A stretch of DNA of 64,000 nt from Raja brachyura (Eukaryota): NCBI GenBank assembly GCA_963514005.1, contig OY740804.1, positions 28,086,001 through 28,150,000 of the forward strand, given 5' to 3'. The notes under the pieces are model-generated. The model was not told the DNA's origin and ran no database searches. It saw only the letters and a list, made by a program, of their open reading frames with translations. The position numbers and the translations under genes were made by a program. Shown here in pieces: positions 39,050 to 53,247 of the stretch. Within the stretch, counting starts at the first letter, position 1, and each line of letters opens with the position of its first letter.

Positions 39050-39720
39050 CTGTAAGTAAGCATGCAGGTACAGCAGGCAGTGAACAAAACAAATGGCATG
39101 TTGTCCTTCATAACTATAGGAGCAAAGAGGTCTTTCTGCAGTTGTACAGAGCCCTAGTGAGACCACACCTGGAGTATTGTGTGCAGTTTTGGTCTCCAAA
39201 TTTGAGGAAGAACATTCTTGCTATTGAGGAAGTGCAGCATAGGTTTACAAGGTTAATTCCCGGGATGGTGGGACTGTCATATGTTGATAGAATGGAGTGG
39301 CTGGGCTTGTATACACTGGAGTTTAGGATGAGAGGGGATCTTATTGAAACATATAAGATTATTAAGGGTTTGGACACGCTATGGGCAAGAAACATGTTCC
39401 CGATGTTGGGGGATCCAGAACCAGGGGCCACAGTTTAAGAATAAGGGGTAAGCCATTTAGAATGTAGATGAGGAAATACTTTTTCACACAGAGAGTTGTG
39501 AATCTGTGGAATTATCTGCCTCAGAGGGCAGTGGAGGCCGGTTTTGTGGATACTTTCAAGAGATCTAAATAGGGCTCTTAAAAATAGCGGAGTCAGGGGA
39601 TATGGGGAGAAGGCAGGAATGGGGTACTGATTGTGGATGATCAGCCATGATCACATTGAATGGTAGGTGCTGGCTCGAAAGGCCGAGTGGCCTACTCCTG
39701 CACCTATTGTCTATTGTCTA
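39050..39720 (+). mobile_element. CR1 3' fragment nested in an older minus-strand CR1 (about 38810-39900)
   Basis: ORF 39142..39438 [18 protein letters not shown]; the host element continues at acctccagtgttccag. Confidence 0.87.
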
Positions 39721-40388
39721 ACCTCCAGTGTTCCAGAAAAAACAATCCAAGTCTGTCCTTGTAGCTAATACCCCTTAAGGCATCATTCTGGTAAATCTCC
39801 TCTGCCCTTTTTGCAAAGCCTCCACATACTTCCTGTAACAGGGAAACCAGAACTGCATACAATACTCCAAATGCAGCCTAACCAAAGTCCTATAGAGCTG
39901 AAGATCAACACAAAGTGCTGGAGTAACTCTGCGAGTCAGGCAGCGTCACTGCAGAAAAAGGATGGATGACATTTCGGGTCGGGAGCTTTCTTCAGACCGA
40001 AAGTAGAGGGAGGGAAATGGATGTAAAGACCAGAACAAAGCTGGGCTCAGAACAGAAGAGGAAGGAAGGGTTGAGCCCATTATGGCCCATTGTTGGCTGG
40101 GGAAGAGGTGATAATGAAGTGATAAAGCTAGCTCTTTGATTAAATCTATTGTTGACCCAATGTGCACAACTGATTCTCGGTGGTGATGACTTTCCCAGCA
40201 TACAGTTGTTCCCTCGCTTCCAGATGAGACGGTGACTCCAGCATTTTGTATCTATCCTCCACGGATACTGCCTGACCTGTCGAATTACTCCAGCATTTTG
40301 TGTATTTCTGTTGAAGTTTTATCTGCAGACTCCATTTTGCCTCAATGACCCTACCATTAATTCCTTGTTATTCTTTTTACCCGTTCAG

Positions 40389-41085
40389 GTAAAATTGATT
40401 CTAAAGCCCAAGACAAAGGAAAAATGGCTCTCAAAGGAACGACCTTGCAAAGATCTTCATCTGATGCCAGTCGGGAAAGAGTTGGAGAGGCACGGAAACC
40501 TCCGTCAGGTATTTCCAGGCCTTCCACTGGAAGTTCTTTCGGCTACAAGAAACCCACGACGGGCACCGCGACTGTCATGACAGCTGGCGGGAGCTCCACG
40601 GGGAAAGCTCCGAAATCCACGGGCATCCCTGTTAAACCGACAAACTCCAGAAAAACCAGCCTGGATGTGTCCCAGAACCACGATGGCTTCATGTCGTCAG
40701 GTGCAAGGACAGCCGTGCAGTACCGCAGCCTGCCCCGTCCGGCCAAGTCCAGTTCGGTCAGCGTCACTGGCAGGGCGGGTATGAACAGGCCGGTCAGCAG
40801 CAATATTGACCCCAGCCTCATCAGCAGCAAGCACGGGGGGATCCCAGTGTCCCGCCTGAAGGAACCCTCGAAAATTGGTTTGGGGAGAACAAGCTCCGGG
40901 CCAGTGAATCAAACGGACCGAGAAAAAGAGAAAGCCAAGGCAAAGGCTGTGGCTTCGGATACTGAATGTACAAGTGCAGCAGGTTCTGCAAAGATGGCTG
41001 CCGTCTCCGACAGTCAGAATAAATTGCAAGGAATGCGACAGCAAAGCTGCAAGTTCTCAGAGATGTCATCTCCAACTACACAGAG
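40389..41085 (+). CDS. NAV1: NAV1 internal coding exon (GKIDSKAQDKGK...SPTTQR)
   Basis: Motifs LQRSSSDA, KPPSGI, SFGYKKP, RKTSLDVS, QYRSLPRPAKSSS, VNQTDREKEKAKAKAVA are characteristic of NAV1. Acceptor ttcag| at 40388 (G+GT=Gly across the junction), donor AG|gtacgt at 41086. Confidence 0.95.
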
Positions 41086-41139
41086 GTACGTTGTATGGAC
41101 GTTAAATGCTCACATTTCAAATAGATTTCAATCATGTGT

Positions 41140-41437
41140 TTAGTTTCGTTCAGAGATACAGCGCGGAAACAATGAGTCCACACCGACCATCACTCCTCAC
41201 ACACTAATGCGACACACTCTAGGGACAATTCACATTTATACCAAGCCAAATAACCTACAAACCTGTACGTCTTTGGAGTGTGGGAGGGAAACCGAAGATC
41301 TCAGAGAAAACCCACGCACGTCACGGGAAGAACGTACAAGCTCCGTACAGACAGCACCCTTCGGGATCAAACCCGCATCTCTGGCGCTGCGAGCGCTGTA
41401 AGGCAGCAACACCACTGCTGCGCCACCGTGTCGCCCA
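41140..41437 (-). mobile_element. tRNA-derived SINE copy
   Basis: Same family. Confidence 0.8.
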
Positions 41438-41629
41438 TTTTAATAACTTGCATTTTTTTAAAATCACATAATTTGATCGATTGAAAGATGCCTTCGGGCC
41501 CACTGACCCCACACCGTCCCGTTCACAATAGTTCTGTGTTATTCCACTTTCTCATCCACTCCCTACACCCAAGAGACAATGTACAGTGACCATTTAACCT
41601 ACAGACCCACACTTCTTCGCAATATCATG

Positions 41630-41990
41630 TTCATAAGTTCTAAAAGCAGCCTATCAAGTTGACTCCGCCATTCGATCTATCTTTTTGTCCGATCTATCTT
41701 TTTGCCTCAACACCATTTTCCTGCCTTCCCCCCCATATCTCCTGACGCCCTTACTGATCAAGGGTCTGTCAATCTCCGCATTTAAAATATTCAATTGGCT
41801 TAGCCTCCATAGCCGTCTGTGGCAATGAACTCCACAGATTCACTGCACTCTGAATAAAGAAATTCCTCCTCATCTCCTTTCTAAAGATACGTCCTTTTAT
41901 TCTGAGGCTACGGCCTCTGGTCCTAGACTCTCCCACCGGTGAGAATATCCTCACCACATTCACTCTATCCAGGCCTTTCATTACTCGGTA
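41630..41990 (-). mobile_element. CR1 3' fragment
   Basis: GESRTRG.SLRIKG, NLWSSLPQ in ORF 41769..42194. Confidence 0.8.
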
Positions 41991-42771
41991 AGTTGTGAGG
42001 GAAACCGGAGCAACCAGAGGAAGCCAGTGACGGGGAGAACGTGCAAACTCCACACAGTCAGTACCCGAGGTCAGGATCAAACCCAGGTCTCTGGTGCTGT
42101 GAGGCAGCAGCTTTACAAGCTGCACCACTGTACTGCCATTGTTGTTGTTATTATTATAGTTTATTGTAAGAGTAAAATAATGTAAAGCTCTCATATATCA
42201 TATACTGTTTTGTGCTTTAATAATGGAATTTAATTTCTAATGTAATCAAGGACAGAATAATGCTGGTCTTTTTTATAATGGTTTCTCTCTTTATCATTCT
42301 GCGTTTTCTTATTTCTGCACATTGCTATAGTTAAGTTAATTGATAGCTATTCAAATTTTGCAAAGGATTTAGTTTTAAGCTTGTACATTGTGGAATTTAA
42401 TTTCCAATTTGATTGAGGCTAAACATGATTGATTCTGGCCTTTTGTTTTAATGGTGCCTGCTTTTATCATTGGAGACACCTGCAATGTTCCTCGCTTCCA
42501 TATGGCTAATTGGTATTTCTTCATGATCACTGGCAGTGGGCCACGTCACACCAGTTGACAGACAGTGCTTAGTTGGAAATGCTTTGCAGCACTTTCTGAT
42601 CAAATTGCCCACTGAAGCAGCCCCAGGTAAAAACCTGTCACCAGAACGGTGGCTGCACTAATTTAAATTGAAAGGAATAGATGCAACGGTACACAGTGTT
42701 ACACGACCGCTGGTGACGTGATATTGGAACATCACTGAAGATATTAAATGGGTCTCGGTCACCATCCTTTA

Positions 42772-43038
42772 TGCCCCTGTCCCACTTAGGAAACCTCTGG
42801 AGACTTTGCGCCCCACCCAAGGTTTCCCTGCGGTTCCCGGAGGTTTTTGTCCTCCGGCAGCCACCTTCAACTAGCATCGCAACCGGCTTCGACTAAAAAA
42901 TTACCGATTTTTAAAACGGAAACCACTTTCGACCATTAGGGAGACTGACGAAAACCTCCGGGAACCGCACGGAAACCTTGGGTGGGGCGCAAAGCCTCCC
43001 ACGGTCTTCGTTCAGTTTTCCTAAGTGGAACAGGGGCA
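42772..43038. mobile_element. Same palindromic MITE family (copy 2)
   Basis: Same TIRs and internal ggagactttgcgccccacccaagg arms. Confidence 0.8.
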
Positions 43039-45515
43039 TAGGAATCCTTGCAGGAATGTTTAGTTTAGTTTTGAGATATAGCATGGAAACAGGCCCTTGG
43101 GCCCCACCAAGTTCACGACAACCCGCACTCACCTGTTCATACTAGTTCTATCTTATCAAACTTTCTTGCCCACTCCCTACACATTAGGGGCAATTTATAG
43201 AAGTCAATTAGCCTGCAAACTTGCACATATTTTGGATGCGGGAGGAAACGACAGGGAGAACGTGCAAATTCCACACACGCAGCAGCCGAGGTTAGGATCG
43301 AACCCAGGTCTCTGGTGCTGTGAGGCAGCAGCTCCAACAGCTGCGACGCCCTAATGTATTGGAGCCGACATGAATGCAAGAGCAAATCAATTGCAATCAA
43401 TTAACTTTGTACAGTCTGAAGAAGGATTCTGACCCAAAACATCACCTATCCATGTTTTCCAGAGATGCTAGACACAAAATGCTGGAGTAACTCAGCGGGA
43501 CAGGCAGCATCTCTGGAGAGAAAGAATGGATGACGTTTCGGGTCGAGACCCTGCTTCAGACTGAATTTTCCAGAGATGCTGCCTGCCCCACTAAGATGCT
43601 CCAATATTTTGTGTAATTTTGTTTTTATTTTGTGTAATTTTGTGTAATTAGGCCATTCAGTCCATCAAGTCTACTCCCCCATTCAATTGTGGCTGATCTA
43701 TCTTTCCCTCTTAACCCCATTCTCTTGCCTCCTCCCCATTGCACTCAACACCCGTACTTATCAGAAAAATAGGTCAATGCCATCAATGTCACATTGCAGT
43801 CTGAAGAAGGATCCCGACCTGAAACATTGTCTGACCTTTGCCTCCCACAGCTGCTGTCCAACCCACTGAGTTTCTCCAGCAGTTTGTTTTTGGCTCAGGA
43901 TTCCAGCATCTGCAGTCTATTAAGAGAAATTATCAACTAAATTCAGGTCCTTTGGCCTTGAGTTGGGCCTGTAATGAAGCCTGACACAGAATGGTCCTAG
44001 CAATCATAAACCATTTATTTTAAGTAGTCATTACTCCTGTCATCATTCCAGCTGAACTAACATGCTCTTTAGGGAACAGATGCCCATGAGCTGAGGAAAA
44101 ATGTTTGCAGAAATGAACATTAAGCATACTTTCAGCCATTTGCATGCATTATTGCCTTTTCACCATCAATCAACTAGGTTTTTGTATCATTTCTTTATTT
44201 CACATTGGTGTGGGAACGGCGATCAATTTGTTTGGCTAAGAACAAATAAATAAATAATGTGCAAGGCAAAAAATGTTCAGAATTGCTTTTTAAAAAAAAA
44301 AAACAGATTTATGCTGTGCATATCCTTGCAGACTAAACACAGTCACTGGCTTTTTCACGTTTCACCATCATCGAGGCTCTGTCAAAATCAGCATGATTTG
44401 TTATGTTTCCCATTATAGGAGGATGGCGTGCTGTGACAGTAGATCAGACTGTTGTCATTCAAAATGCATGGTTTGTTCTGAATAGAACCATTGCTACGAG
44501 TTTCTATTAAATGGCATCTATGAACTGCCTCAGTTCCCAACAGATGTTCAATTGAACACAAAATTTATAAAACCATTCAATATTATTTATACAGTGCTTC
44601 TGAGGTTTGTTTAAAACTGGCTACCGTAGGAAATTGAGACTACTTAACGTGGTTTAATCTATTTATATTACTCTTGACAGACCAGCATACTAAAAGGCAA
44701 AAAAAAATTGCGAGCAACATTAATTCTAATGTTAAATGTATAACCCTTATTAATTCAGTGGTTGAAATTGTTTATGTTTCATTGTTCCTTTGTCTCCTTC
44801 TTTCCCGGAAGGCATTCACCCCTCACTGTTATCTTTCAGTCATAGTTTGGATACTTCTACAGTGAGTGGCAGAAGCCATAGAGTATCACAGCTGTTTTTA
44901 CTCAACATGCTATTGCAGTATGTGCCCCAGGAACCCTGTTGAATTAACTCTTAATAACCCAGTGATCTGTGCCCAACTCTAACCTGCCAACTCATTGGAG
45001 CAATCTCAGTTACTCTTGGTGTTTAGTTCAGTTTAGGGACACAGGGTGAAAACAGGCCCTTCGGCCCACCGAGTCCATGTCGACCATCGATCGCCCGTAC
45101 ACTAGTTCTACGTTATCCCACTTTCACACCCTACACACTAGGGGCAATTTACAGAGGCCAAATAAGCTACAAACCTGCACACCTTTGGAATATGGGAGGA
45201 AACTGGAGCACCCAGAGCAAACCCACGTGGTCCACAGGGAGAATGTGCAAACTCCACACAGACACCACCCGTAATCAGGATCGAATCCGGATCTCTGGTA
45301 CTATGAGACTTTCTGACATCGGAAATTATGATGGATAGCTTGTAACATTTTCCAGATTATGTTTTCCTTTAACTTTTATCTGCAGCCAAATTGAATTATA
45401 AAGTCTATTATCAATCTCACTGGGACAGATTTTTAGTTTAAGTTTAGTTTCGTTCAAAGATACAGTGCGGAAACAGGCCCTTCGGTCCACTGAGTCCACA
45501 CCCACCAGCGACCCA

Positions 45516-47010
45516 TATAACATATAACCATATAACAATTACAGCATGGAAACAGACCCTCTTGGCCCTTCCAGTCCGTGCCGAACATTTATTTTCCCCT
45601 AGTCCCATCTACCTGCACTCAGACCATACCCCTCCATTCCCTTCCCGTCCATATACCTATCCACTTTACTTTTAAATGTTAAGATCGATCCTGCCTCCAC
45701 CACTTCTGCTGGAAGCTCATTCCACACAGCCACCACTCACTGAGTAAAGAAGTTCCCCCTCATGTTACCCCTAAACGTCTGCCCCTTAATTCTCATGTCA
45801 TGCCCTCTTGTTTGAATCTTCCCTACCCTCAATGGGAAAAGCTTATCCATGTCAACTCTGTCTATCCCTTTCATCATTTTAAAGACCTCAATCAAGTCCC
45901 CCCTTAATCTTCTGCGCTCCAAAGAATAAAGACCTAACTTGTTCAACCTTTCTCTGTAACTTAGTTGCTGGAACCCAGGCAACATTCTAGTAAATCTCCT
46001 CTGTACTCTCTCTATTTTGTTGACATCCTTACTATAAATAGGCGACCAAAATTGTACACCATACTCCAGAATTGGTCTCACCAATGCCTTGTACAATTTT
46101 AACATTACTTACCTACTCCTATACTCAATGCTCTGATTTATAAAGGCCAGTACACCAAAAGTTTTCTTTACCACCCTATCTACATGTGATTCCACCTTCA
46201 GGGAACTATGCACAGTTATTCCTAGATCCCTCTGTTCCACAGCATTCCTCAATTCCCTACCATTTACCATGTACGTCCTATTTTGATTTGTCCTGCCAAG
46301 ATGTAGCACCTCACACTTATCAGCATTAAACTCCATCTGCCATCTTTCAGCCCACTCGTCCAAATGGCCAAATCTCTCTGTAGACTTTGAAAATCTACTT
46401 CATTATCCGCAACACCACCTATCTTAGTCTCATCTGCATGCTTACTTATCCAATTTTCCACCCCATCATCCATATCATTGATGTACATGACAAACAACAG
46501 TGGACCCAACACAGATCCCTGAGACACCCCACTGGTCACTGGTTTCCAACCCGACAAACAGCCATCCACCATTACTCTCTGGTATCTCCCATTCAGCCAC
46601 TGTTGAATCCATCTTGCTACTCCGCCATTAACACCCAAAGGTCGAACCTTCTTAACCAACCTTCCATGGGGAACCTTGTCAAAGGCCTTACTGAAATCCA
46701 TATAGACAATATCCACTGCTTTGCCCTCATCAATTTCCCTAGTAACCTCTTCAAGAAATTCAAAAAGGTTTATCAAACATGACCTTCCAGGCACAAATCC
46801 TTGTTGACTGTTCCTGATCAGACCCTGTTTATCCAAATGCTTATATATATTATCTCTAAGTATCCTTTCCATTAATTTGCCCACCACTGAAGTCAAATTA
46901 ACAGGTCTATAGTTGCTAGGTTTATTGTTTGAACCCTTTTTAAACAATGGAACACCATGTGCAGTATGCCAATCCTCCGGCACTATTCCCGTTTCTAATG
47001 ACATTAGAGA
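45516..47010 (-). mobile_element. 5'-truncated CR1 LINE (RT region, about 1.5 kb) inserted in a SINE
   Basis: ORFs 46264..47019, 46109..46363, 45737..46105: NYRPVNLTSVVGK, YMDFSKAFDKVPH, QGSVLGPLLF, LYKALVRP.LEY; catataac tandem tail; SINE halves on both sides. Confidence 0.93.
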
Positions 47011-47669
47011 CCCCCACACATTAACGCTACCCTACGCGCACTAGGGACAATTTTACATTAATAGCAAGCCAATTAATCTACAAACCTGTACGTCTTTGGC
47101 GTGTGGGAGGAAACCGAATATCTCGGAGAAAACCAACGCAGGTCACGGGGAGAATGTACAAACTTCGTACAGACAGGACTCATAGTCAAGATAGAATCCA
47201 GGACTCTGGCGCCGAAAGGCAGTAGCTCTTCCACTGTGCCACCGTGTCGCTCTCTACCGCCACGCCACCGTGCTGCCCTAAGATCTTCATCGACGGGAAA
47301 TCCCATTATTTAAGGAGATGCTATATCGGTTGTGGATAGGAAAGATAGCTGCCAGTTTGTCTGAGACCTTGAAGTTGTAAATATTTTACCAAACACAATG
47401 TCCAATGTATCACAAGCAATCTGACCTCACTCCATGTTCCCCCCATCACCACAGTGTGGAGATTGCACAGAGTCATGAGGATAGGATCGATGAGAGGAAA
47501 CTTGAAGAACTGATAATTGCGGGCAGGAGACTGGTGGAGTACCACGGTTCAAATTGCTTAGGCGTACAAGACGAGGTGTGAGGAGGAGATTACCAGGGAT
47601 GGGAGTTAGATGCAAAATGCTGGAGTAACTCAGCGCGACAGGCAGCATCTCTGGAGAGAAGGAATCGGT

Positions 47670-47697
47670 GACGTTTCGGGTGGAGACCCTTCTTCAG
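47670..47697 (-). ncRNA. Minimal hammerhead-ribozyme motif in a Penelope-derived repeat
   Basis: Minus strand reads CTGAAGA-A-GGGT-CTCC-ACCC-GAAA-C-GTC. Confidence 0.6.
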
Positions 47698-49046
47698 GCC
47701 AGGGATGTGAGCTTGGGTAGGAATGGTTGTGTGGAGCAGGAAATAAATCAGGAAGGGCTAAAGAAATGTTTGGGGAGGGCGTTGGAGAGAAGATCTGATG
47801 GAAGATCGAGTTATCAGGGAGATGGTTAATGGATAGGTGGGCTGGGGAGATTTGGAGGCCCTACAGGGAGGTAGGTTATAGAGATTCATAGGGTCATACC
47901 CCTTGGAAACAGGCCCTTTGAACCAACTTGCCCAAGCTGACCTACACTCGTCCCACCTGCCTGCATTTGGCCCATATCCTATCGTAAGTTAAAGATCAAT
48001 ATGACTATAATATAAATAATCAGTTTCTCCACACCAACCCTGACTGGAAGAGACCGTTGAATAGGGATTCCAGTAAACATTATCTTCATTATCTGACTCC
48101 ATCAATCTTCCTATGTAGCAGATACATGGCAAAAATAAAATGCTTGCAATATGAATTGTACATCGTTCAACATCACTACATGGGTCTGTAGCTTCTGTGC
48201 ATATGCTCATTATTTGCATGGAACATTGGAATCAACGTTATGAAAATTTGTAGCATGCTGACATAGAATATGATTACATTTAGTTGAAGTTCTATTGCAT
48301 AGCATTCAAAATGTTGTATTATGCAGTAGAATCCACAGGCCATTATTTCCCCTGAAATGTGATTGAAATGTCCTTCACAAGGTGCACATTTGGTACTAAT
48401 ATAACGTGTTGCTTAGTTGGTCTTGGGGTTGGATACATATGTATGAAAAGGACAAGAACCTCTGTTTCCATCTAGCAACAAAAAGATTCTTCATGGATAT
48501 AGATGCTATGCAGAGGTGATTTAATATATGATTATTTAATACATGGCTTGGATACAATTTGGTCTAATGCCATACTGGCCTGAGACCAGCAACTGGAAAT
48601 AGTTAGGCATCTGTCATGAGGTTCACAGCTTTTATACCTTTGTCTCTATGTTGATATGTTCTCCAACTGTGTTATACCAAAGCAATGCAATTGTAATGTG
48701 TGGGAAGGAGCTTCAGATGCTGGTTTCAACTGAAGATAGGCACAAAAAGCTGGAGTAACTCAACAGTCCAGACAGCATCTCTGGAGAAAAGGAATAGGTG
48801 ACATTTTGGGTCTCAAGAAGGGTCTTGACCTGAATAATAATCAATTCTAATCAAGAATTTTCTGTCAATCTGCGCCTTAGATATACTCAATGACATGGCC
48901 TCCACAGTCATCTGTGGCACTGAAAATATGCTCTATTGATTAAAATGGTGTGTTTAATTCTACATTTGCTCAGAGTAGATTGTGGCTTTTCCCAAATATT
49001 GCCTTGCCAACATTGTTGATTGAACATCTTTTCTTTTCCACTCTAG

Positions 49047-49481
49047 GGTGATAAGCTCAAAAGGAATCAGCAAGCCACCTACAATGGCCAACATTGACAA
49101 AATCAACTCCAACAGCCTAGATTCATCCACCTCAGGACATTCTTTGATCAGCAGCAGTATTGCCAATGAAACATTAACCAAACTCCCCGATGTTCAGACA
49201 AGTACAATCAGCTTAACTCCATGTCTAACTCCAAGCCCTGCCCCTGTCCTTAATGTGAATTCCAGTAGCTTTAATCAAGGTCTTGGACTAGGTAGCAATT
49301 TCATAAACAACAAGGAAACCCTTATGTACCCTAAGCTAAGTAGCCTGCACACCAGCATGGAATCTTTGGATCTCCCGTTGAGTGTTCCATGTTCATTTCC
49401 ACCTAACCGTACGCTTTCAAGGGAAGAAGACCACAGCACGCTCACATGGACTGGAGGGTCTAGATTCTCACAGATGGAGAG
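49047..49481 (+). CDS. NAV1: NAV1 internal coding exon (VISSKGISKPP...FSQME)
   Basis: Motifs ANIDKINSNSLD, TPSPAPVLNVNS, MYPKLSSLH.SMESL, LTW. Polypyrimidine tract plus ctctag| at 49046, donor AG|gtaagt at 49482; phases 2/2 fit both neighbours. Confidence 0.93.
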
Positions 49482-50639
49482 GTAAGTGACTCATTTAATA
49501 CTTGTTTCTTTCATGTTAAGGAATTGGAAATAGAAAGAGCGCAAGATTGTAGATGAATGATATTAAAGAAGTGCAGGTGCTGGTTTATACCAAAGATAGA
49601 TTCAAAGTGCTGGAGTAACTCAACGGGTTAGGCGGCATCTTTGGAGAAAAAGGATGGGTGACGTTTTGGGTGAAGAATGCTCCCGACCCGAAATGTCACT
49701 CATCTTTTATTTCCAGAGATGCTGCCTGACCCGCTGAGTAAGTCCAGCACTTTGCAATATTACATTTAAGTGAATTCCTTTTTAAAAGATGTCAAGATTT
49801 TGCTCATGCAATCATATTGCTGCTAAGAAATAATGAATTACTGTACGATGTGATAAAATGATGTTGAGTCATTATATTAGAACGTTCAGTTTGTGGAGCA
49901 ATAAGATTAAAAGTGTTAATCTCTTGTGGTTTCTTTAGCTCTCAGTAGATGCATTTGAGAAGTTGAATTGGTGGTTTAGTTAAACATGTGCATTTGGTGA
50001 TAGTTCCCAACCTTTGAATTTGCATCAAAATGTCACTAATTATGCTGTTTTTCACAAATGAAATGGTAACCCATTTAATTCACAGATGTTAATTCTCGGT
50101 TTCAATGGCTATATTCGTGATGTCTTTTGCTCTCAATGAATGCAATTGCTAAATCAGCTTGAGACAATAGCATTTGAGTTCAGTGGGATTCATTGAGCTG
50201 CTCCCATTTGCTGCTTACAAGCTGATAAAGCTTCAGAGTAATTTATATTTTTGCCATCCAAACACCGTCACTTCATTACAATGCTTTAACCTGCCCGTGG
50301 TGCCTTTGTGGCACAGTAACATCGTTTACAGAACTAGGAATCAATTAAATGGGTGGGAGGAAAACAGCTGAATCTATGACGAGATATTGCATGCAGCATC
50401 CATACTACAACTGCACATATATTTACAGCACATTAACAAAGAGATATTGTATATTCTTCAAATAGAATGCAATCATTGGATTTGTGTCAAAGGTTTGCCA
50501 GGAGGTATTTTAAGTAAAATCAAACTGCATTTTCAAGAGGAAAATTTGATTGACTTTGGGGATGAAAGGTTGAGAGTAATATTAGGAACAGCAACATCTC
50601 TTGTTCCTAAAATACAATGTCACTAATTGGAAGTGATTA

Positions 50640-51350
50640 TAGAGCCATACAATCACGGTATCAGGCCCTTCAACCTGTCGTGCCCATGCCGAACGAGATG
50701 CCCCATCTAAGCTAGTCTGCCGCTTAGAGTCATAGATTCATGCAGCAGGGAAACAGGCCCTTCGGCCCACCTTGCCCATGTCGACCCACATGCCCCATCT
50801 ACACTAGTCCTGCCTGCATTTGGCACATGTGCCTCTAAACCCATCCTGTCCATGTACCTGTTTACATGGTTTTGAAACGTGGTGATAATACCTACCCCAA
50901 CTACCTTCTCTGGCAGCTCATTCCATACACCTATCACACTTTGTGTAGAAAGAGGCCTCTCAGGTTACCATTAAATCTTTCCCTCCTCACATTAAACCCA
51001 TGTCCTCTGGTTCTGGATTACCCTAGTCTGGGTAATACTCTGTGAATTTACCCCATCTATTCATCTCATGATCTGGTACACCTCTATAAGATCCTTGTGT
51101 GCTCCAAGGAATAAAGTCCTAGCCTGCTCAACCTCTCCCTGTAGCTCAGGCAGTTGAATTATAAGTTTGACATGTTTGCTCCATGTCCCTCCAAACCTTT
51201 CTTATCCACGTCTCTGTCCAAGCATCTTTTAAATATTGTTATTGTACCTACCTCCACTACTTCCTCTAGCAGTTAGTTCCATACGCCCACCTCTCTTTAT
51301 GTGAAAATTGGTGCCACTCAGGTTACTATTAAATCTCACTGTAACCTTAT
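50640..51350 (-). mobile_element. Cluster of CR1 3' fragments
   Basis: WNELPEKVV motif; repeated CR1 3' UTR pieces. Confidence 0.75.
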
Positions 51351-51449
51351 ACCCACTGGTTCTTGAGTCTCTTTGGTGAACTAGAATTAAAAATATGATG
51401 GGTTGGAATTATTAAAAAGCTATTTACCAACTTCATTCTATTCTTGCCA

Positions 51450-51738
51450 TTAGTTTTGAGATACAGCGTGGAAACAGGCCCTTCAGCCCATCGAGTCCGC
51501 ACCAACCAGCGATCCCAGCACATTAACACTATCATACACACGCTACGGACAATTTACATTCATACCAAGCCGATTAACCTACAAACCTGTACATCTTTGG
51601 AGGGTAGTAGGAAACCAAAGAACTCGGAGAAAACCCACGCAGTCATGGGGAGAACGTACAAACTCCATAGTCTGGATCGAACCCGGGTCTCTAGGCACAG
51701 TAAGGCAGCAACTCTATCGCTGCACCACCTTGCCGCCC
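51450..51738 (-). mobile_element. tRNA-derived SINE copy
   Basis: Same family. Confidence 0.8.
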
Positions 51739-52237
51739 TTTTGTCTTGATGTTGACTTATTTCTTTGACATAAAATTTCGCATAGCATTTACCAAGCAGC
51801 GAATGAGAATTAACACCTAATCATAGATGTACATTTAACTGTAAACAACGTTTGTAGAAGTAGTTTTAAGCACTTATGAGACAATAATTTAAATGTTTAT
51901 TGCAGCCAGAAGCTCTTAATACAAAATAAAGTGCTTGCTTTCTTTCTGCACAGATAACTTGTCATATTTCAGGCAGGTATATACATTGTGGATGTGACAC
52001 TACTGCTGCACAGATCTCACACACTGTTAAGATCACCTCCCCTCCATCACTCATGCATCAATGTTCTCTTCTTAATCAGCACTCAAGTACAACATTCTTC
52101 TCCTCATGCACAGAACACGGCTCCAAATCTTACACCTGTGTTTCAAGGTTGCACAACCACCATCTCTGTAAGCAGGTTAAGCACATCACCAGGACATCCG
52201 CACTACATTTGCCAGCACATCCACCACATTCATCATT

Positions 52238-52725
52238 TCTCCCCCCCCCCCCCCCCTCCTCCGTTCCCATTCCTCTTCCCTCCTCTCTCCCTGCCATTCT
52301 CCCTTCCTCCCTGGCCCTCTCCCCTCTTCGCACCTCCCCCCATCCCCCTTCCGCCCCCTCATCCCCCACCTCCACCCTCCCCCTTGGCCCCTCCCCTATT
52401 CCCCCATTGCCCTTCCCCTGCTCCCCATTCCCTCTCTCCCATTCCCCCCCTCCCCCTCCTCTCCCCCCCTTTGCCCCTCCTCTATTCCCCCTGCTCCCCC
52501 AATTACCCCTTCTCACCATCACCCCCTTTATTCACCCCTTTAGCTTCCCCTCTCCCCTTCGCCCCTCCCTTCTCACCTTTACCCTTCTCTCCTATATTCT
52601 CCCCTTTATTATCCTAACCTTTTCCCCCTTTCTGCCTCCCCTCTCCCCCTTTGCCCCATTCCCCCTTCCTCCTTCCTCCTTCCAGCACCTTGTCCCGCTC
52701 CACATCCCCACTGTTCAGCCTCCCC
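52238..52725. repeat. C/T-rich low-complexity polypyrimidine tract
   Basis: About 480 bp of C-runs separated mostly by T; source of the spurious Pro-rich and Gly-rich ORFs. Confidence 0.95.
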
Positions 52726-53247
52726 CACGTGCTACACTCTGTGGGAAAAGCCATCAATGGAAGCTGCCAACGCAAGAGGCTTGAAATCCAAGCAAAATAA
52801 CTTCCATCAGCTGGTGCACCGCTCCCTAGGGACTAGCACCAGGAAGCTCCACACATACCACCTGTAGAACAAGCACAGCAGACAAGTGACATTAATCAGC
52901 AGTGAATCTGCAAGTAGTTGACTTAAGAGAGTGGTTGGAGGGAATAAATCGCTACAGATCATATGATCAGCAAAGTGACTTAATAAAAGGACACTAGCTG
53001 GAACACTTAATGTCTAACATCACAGTCTGTCTATTTAAGAACTTCCTGCAGGTATCAGCCTCCAAGTGATAACACCTTTGGCAGTGTTGCAGAACCGATG
53101 AGTCACGCTGAAATCATGCACCTGTGTACTGCATTGGTTGCTGCATAGAAACCAACTGAAGGCAGGTTGTATCCCCGCAACAGCACAGTGAAGCTCAGTT
53201 TTAAGGCCATTGGTCTTTATGATCCACTTTTTGCAGTAAAACCTTGA

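Noticed and set aside
51988-52784. Long Pro-rich ORFs (209 and 243 aa) and the antisense Gly-rich ORF
   Set aside because: Produced by the C-rich low-complexity tract; no splice context or family motif.
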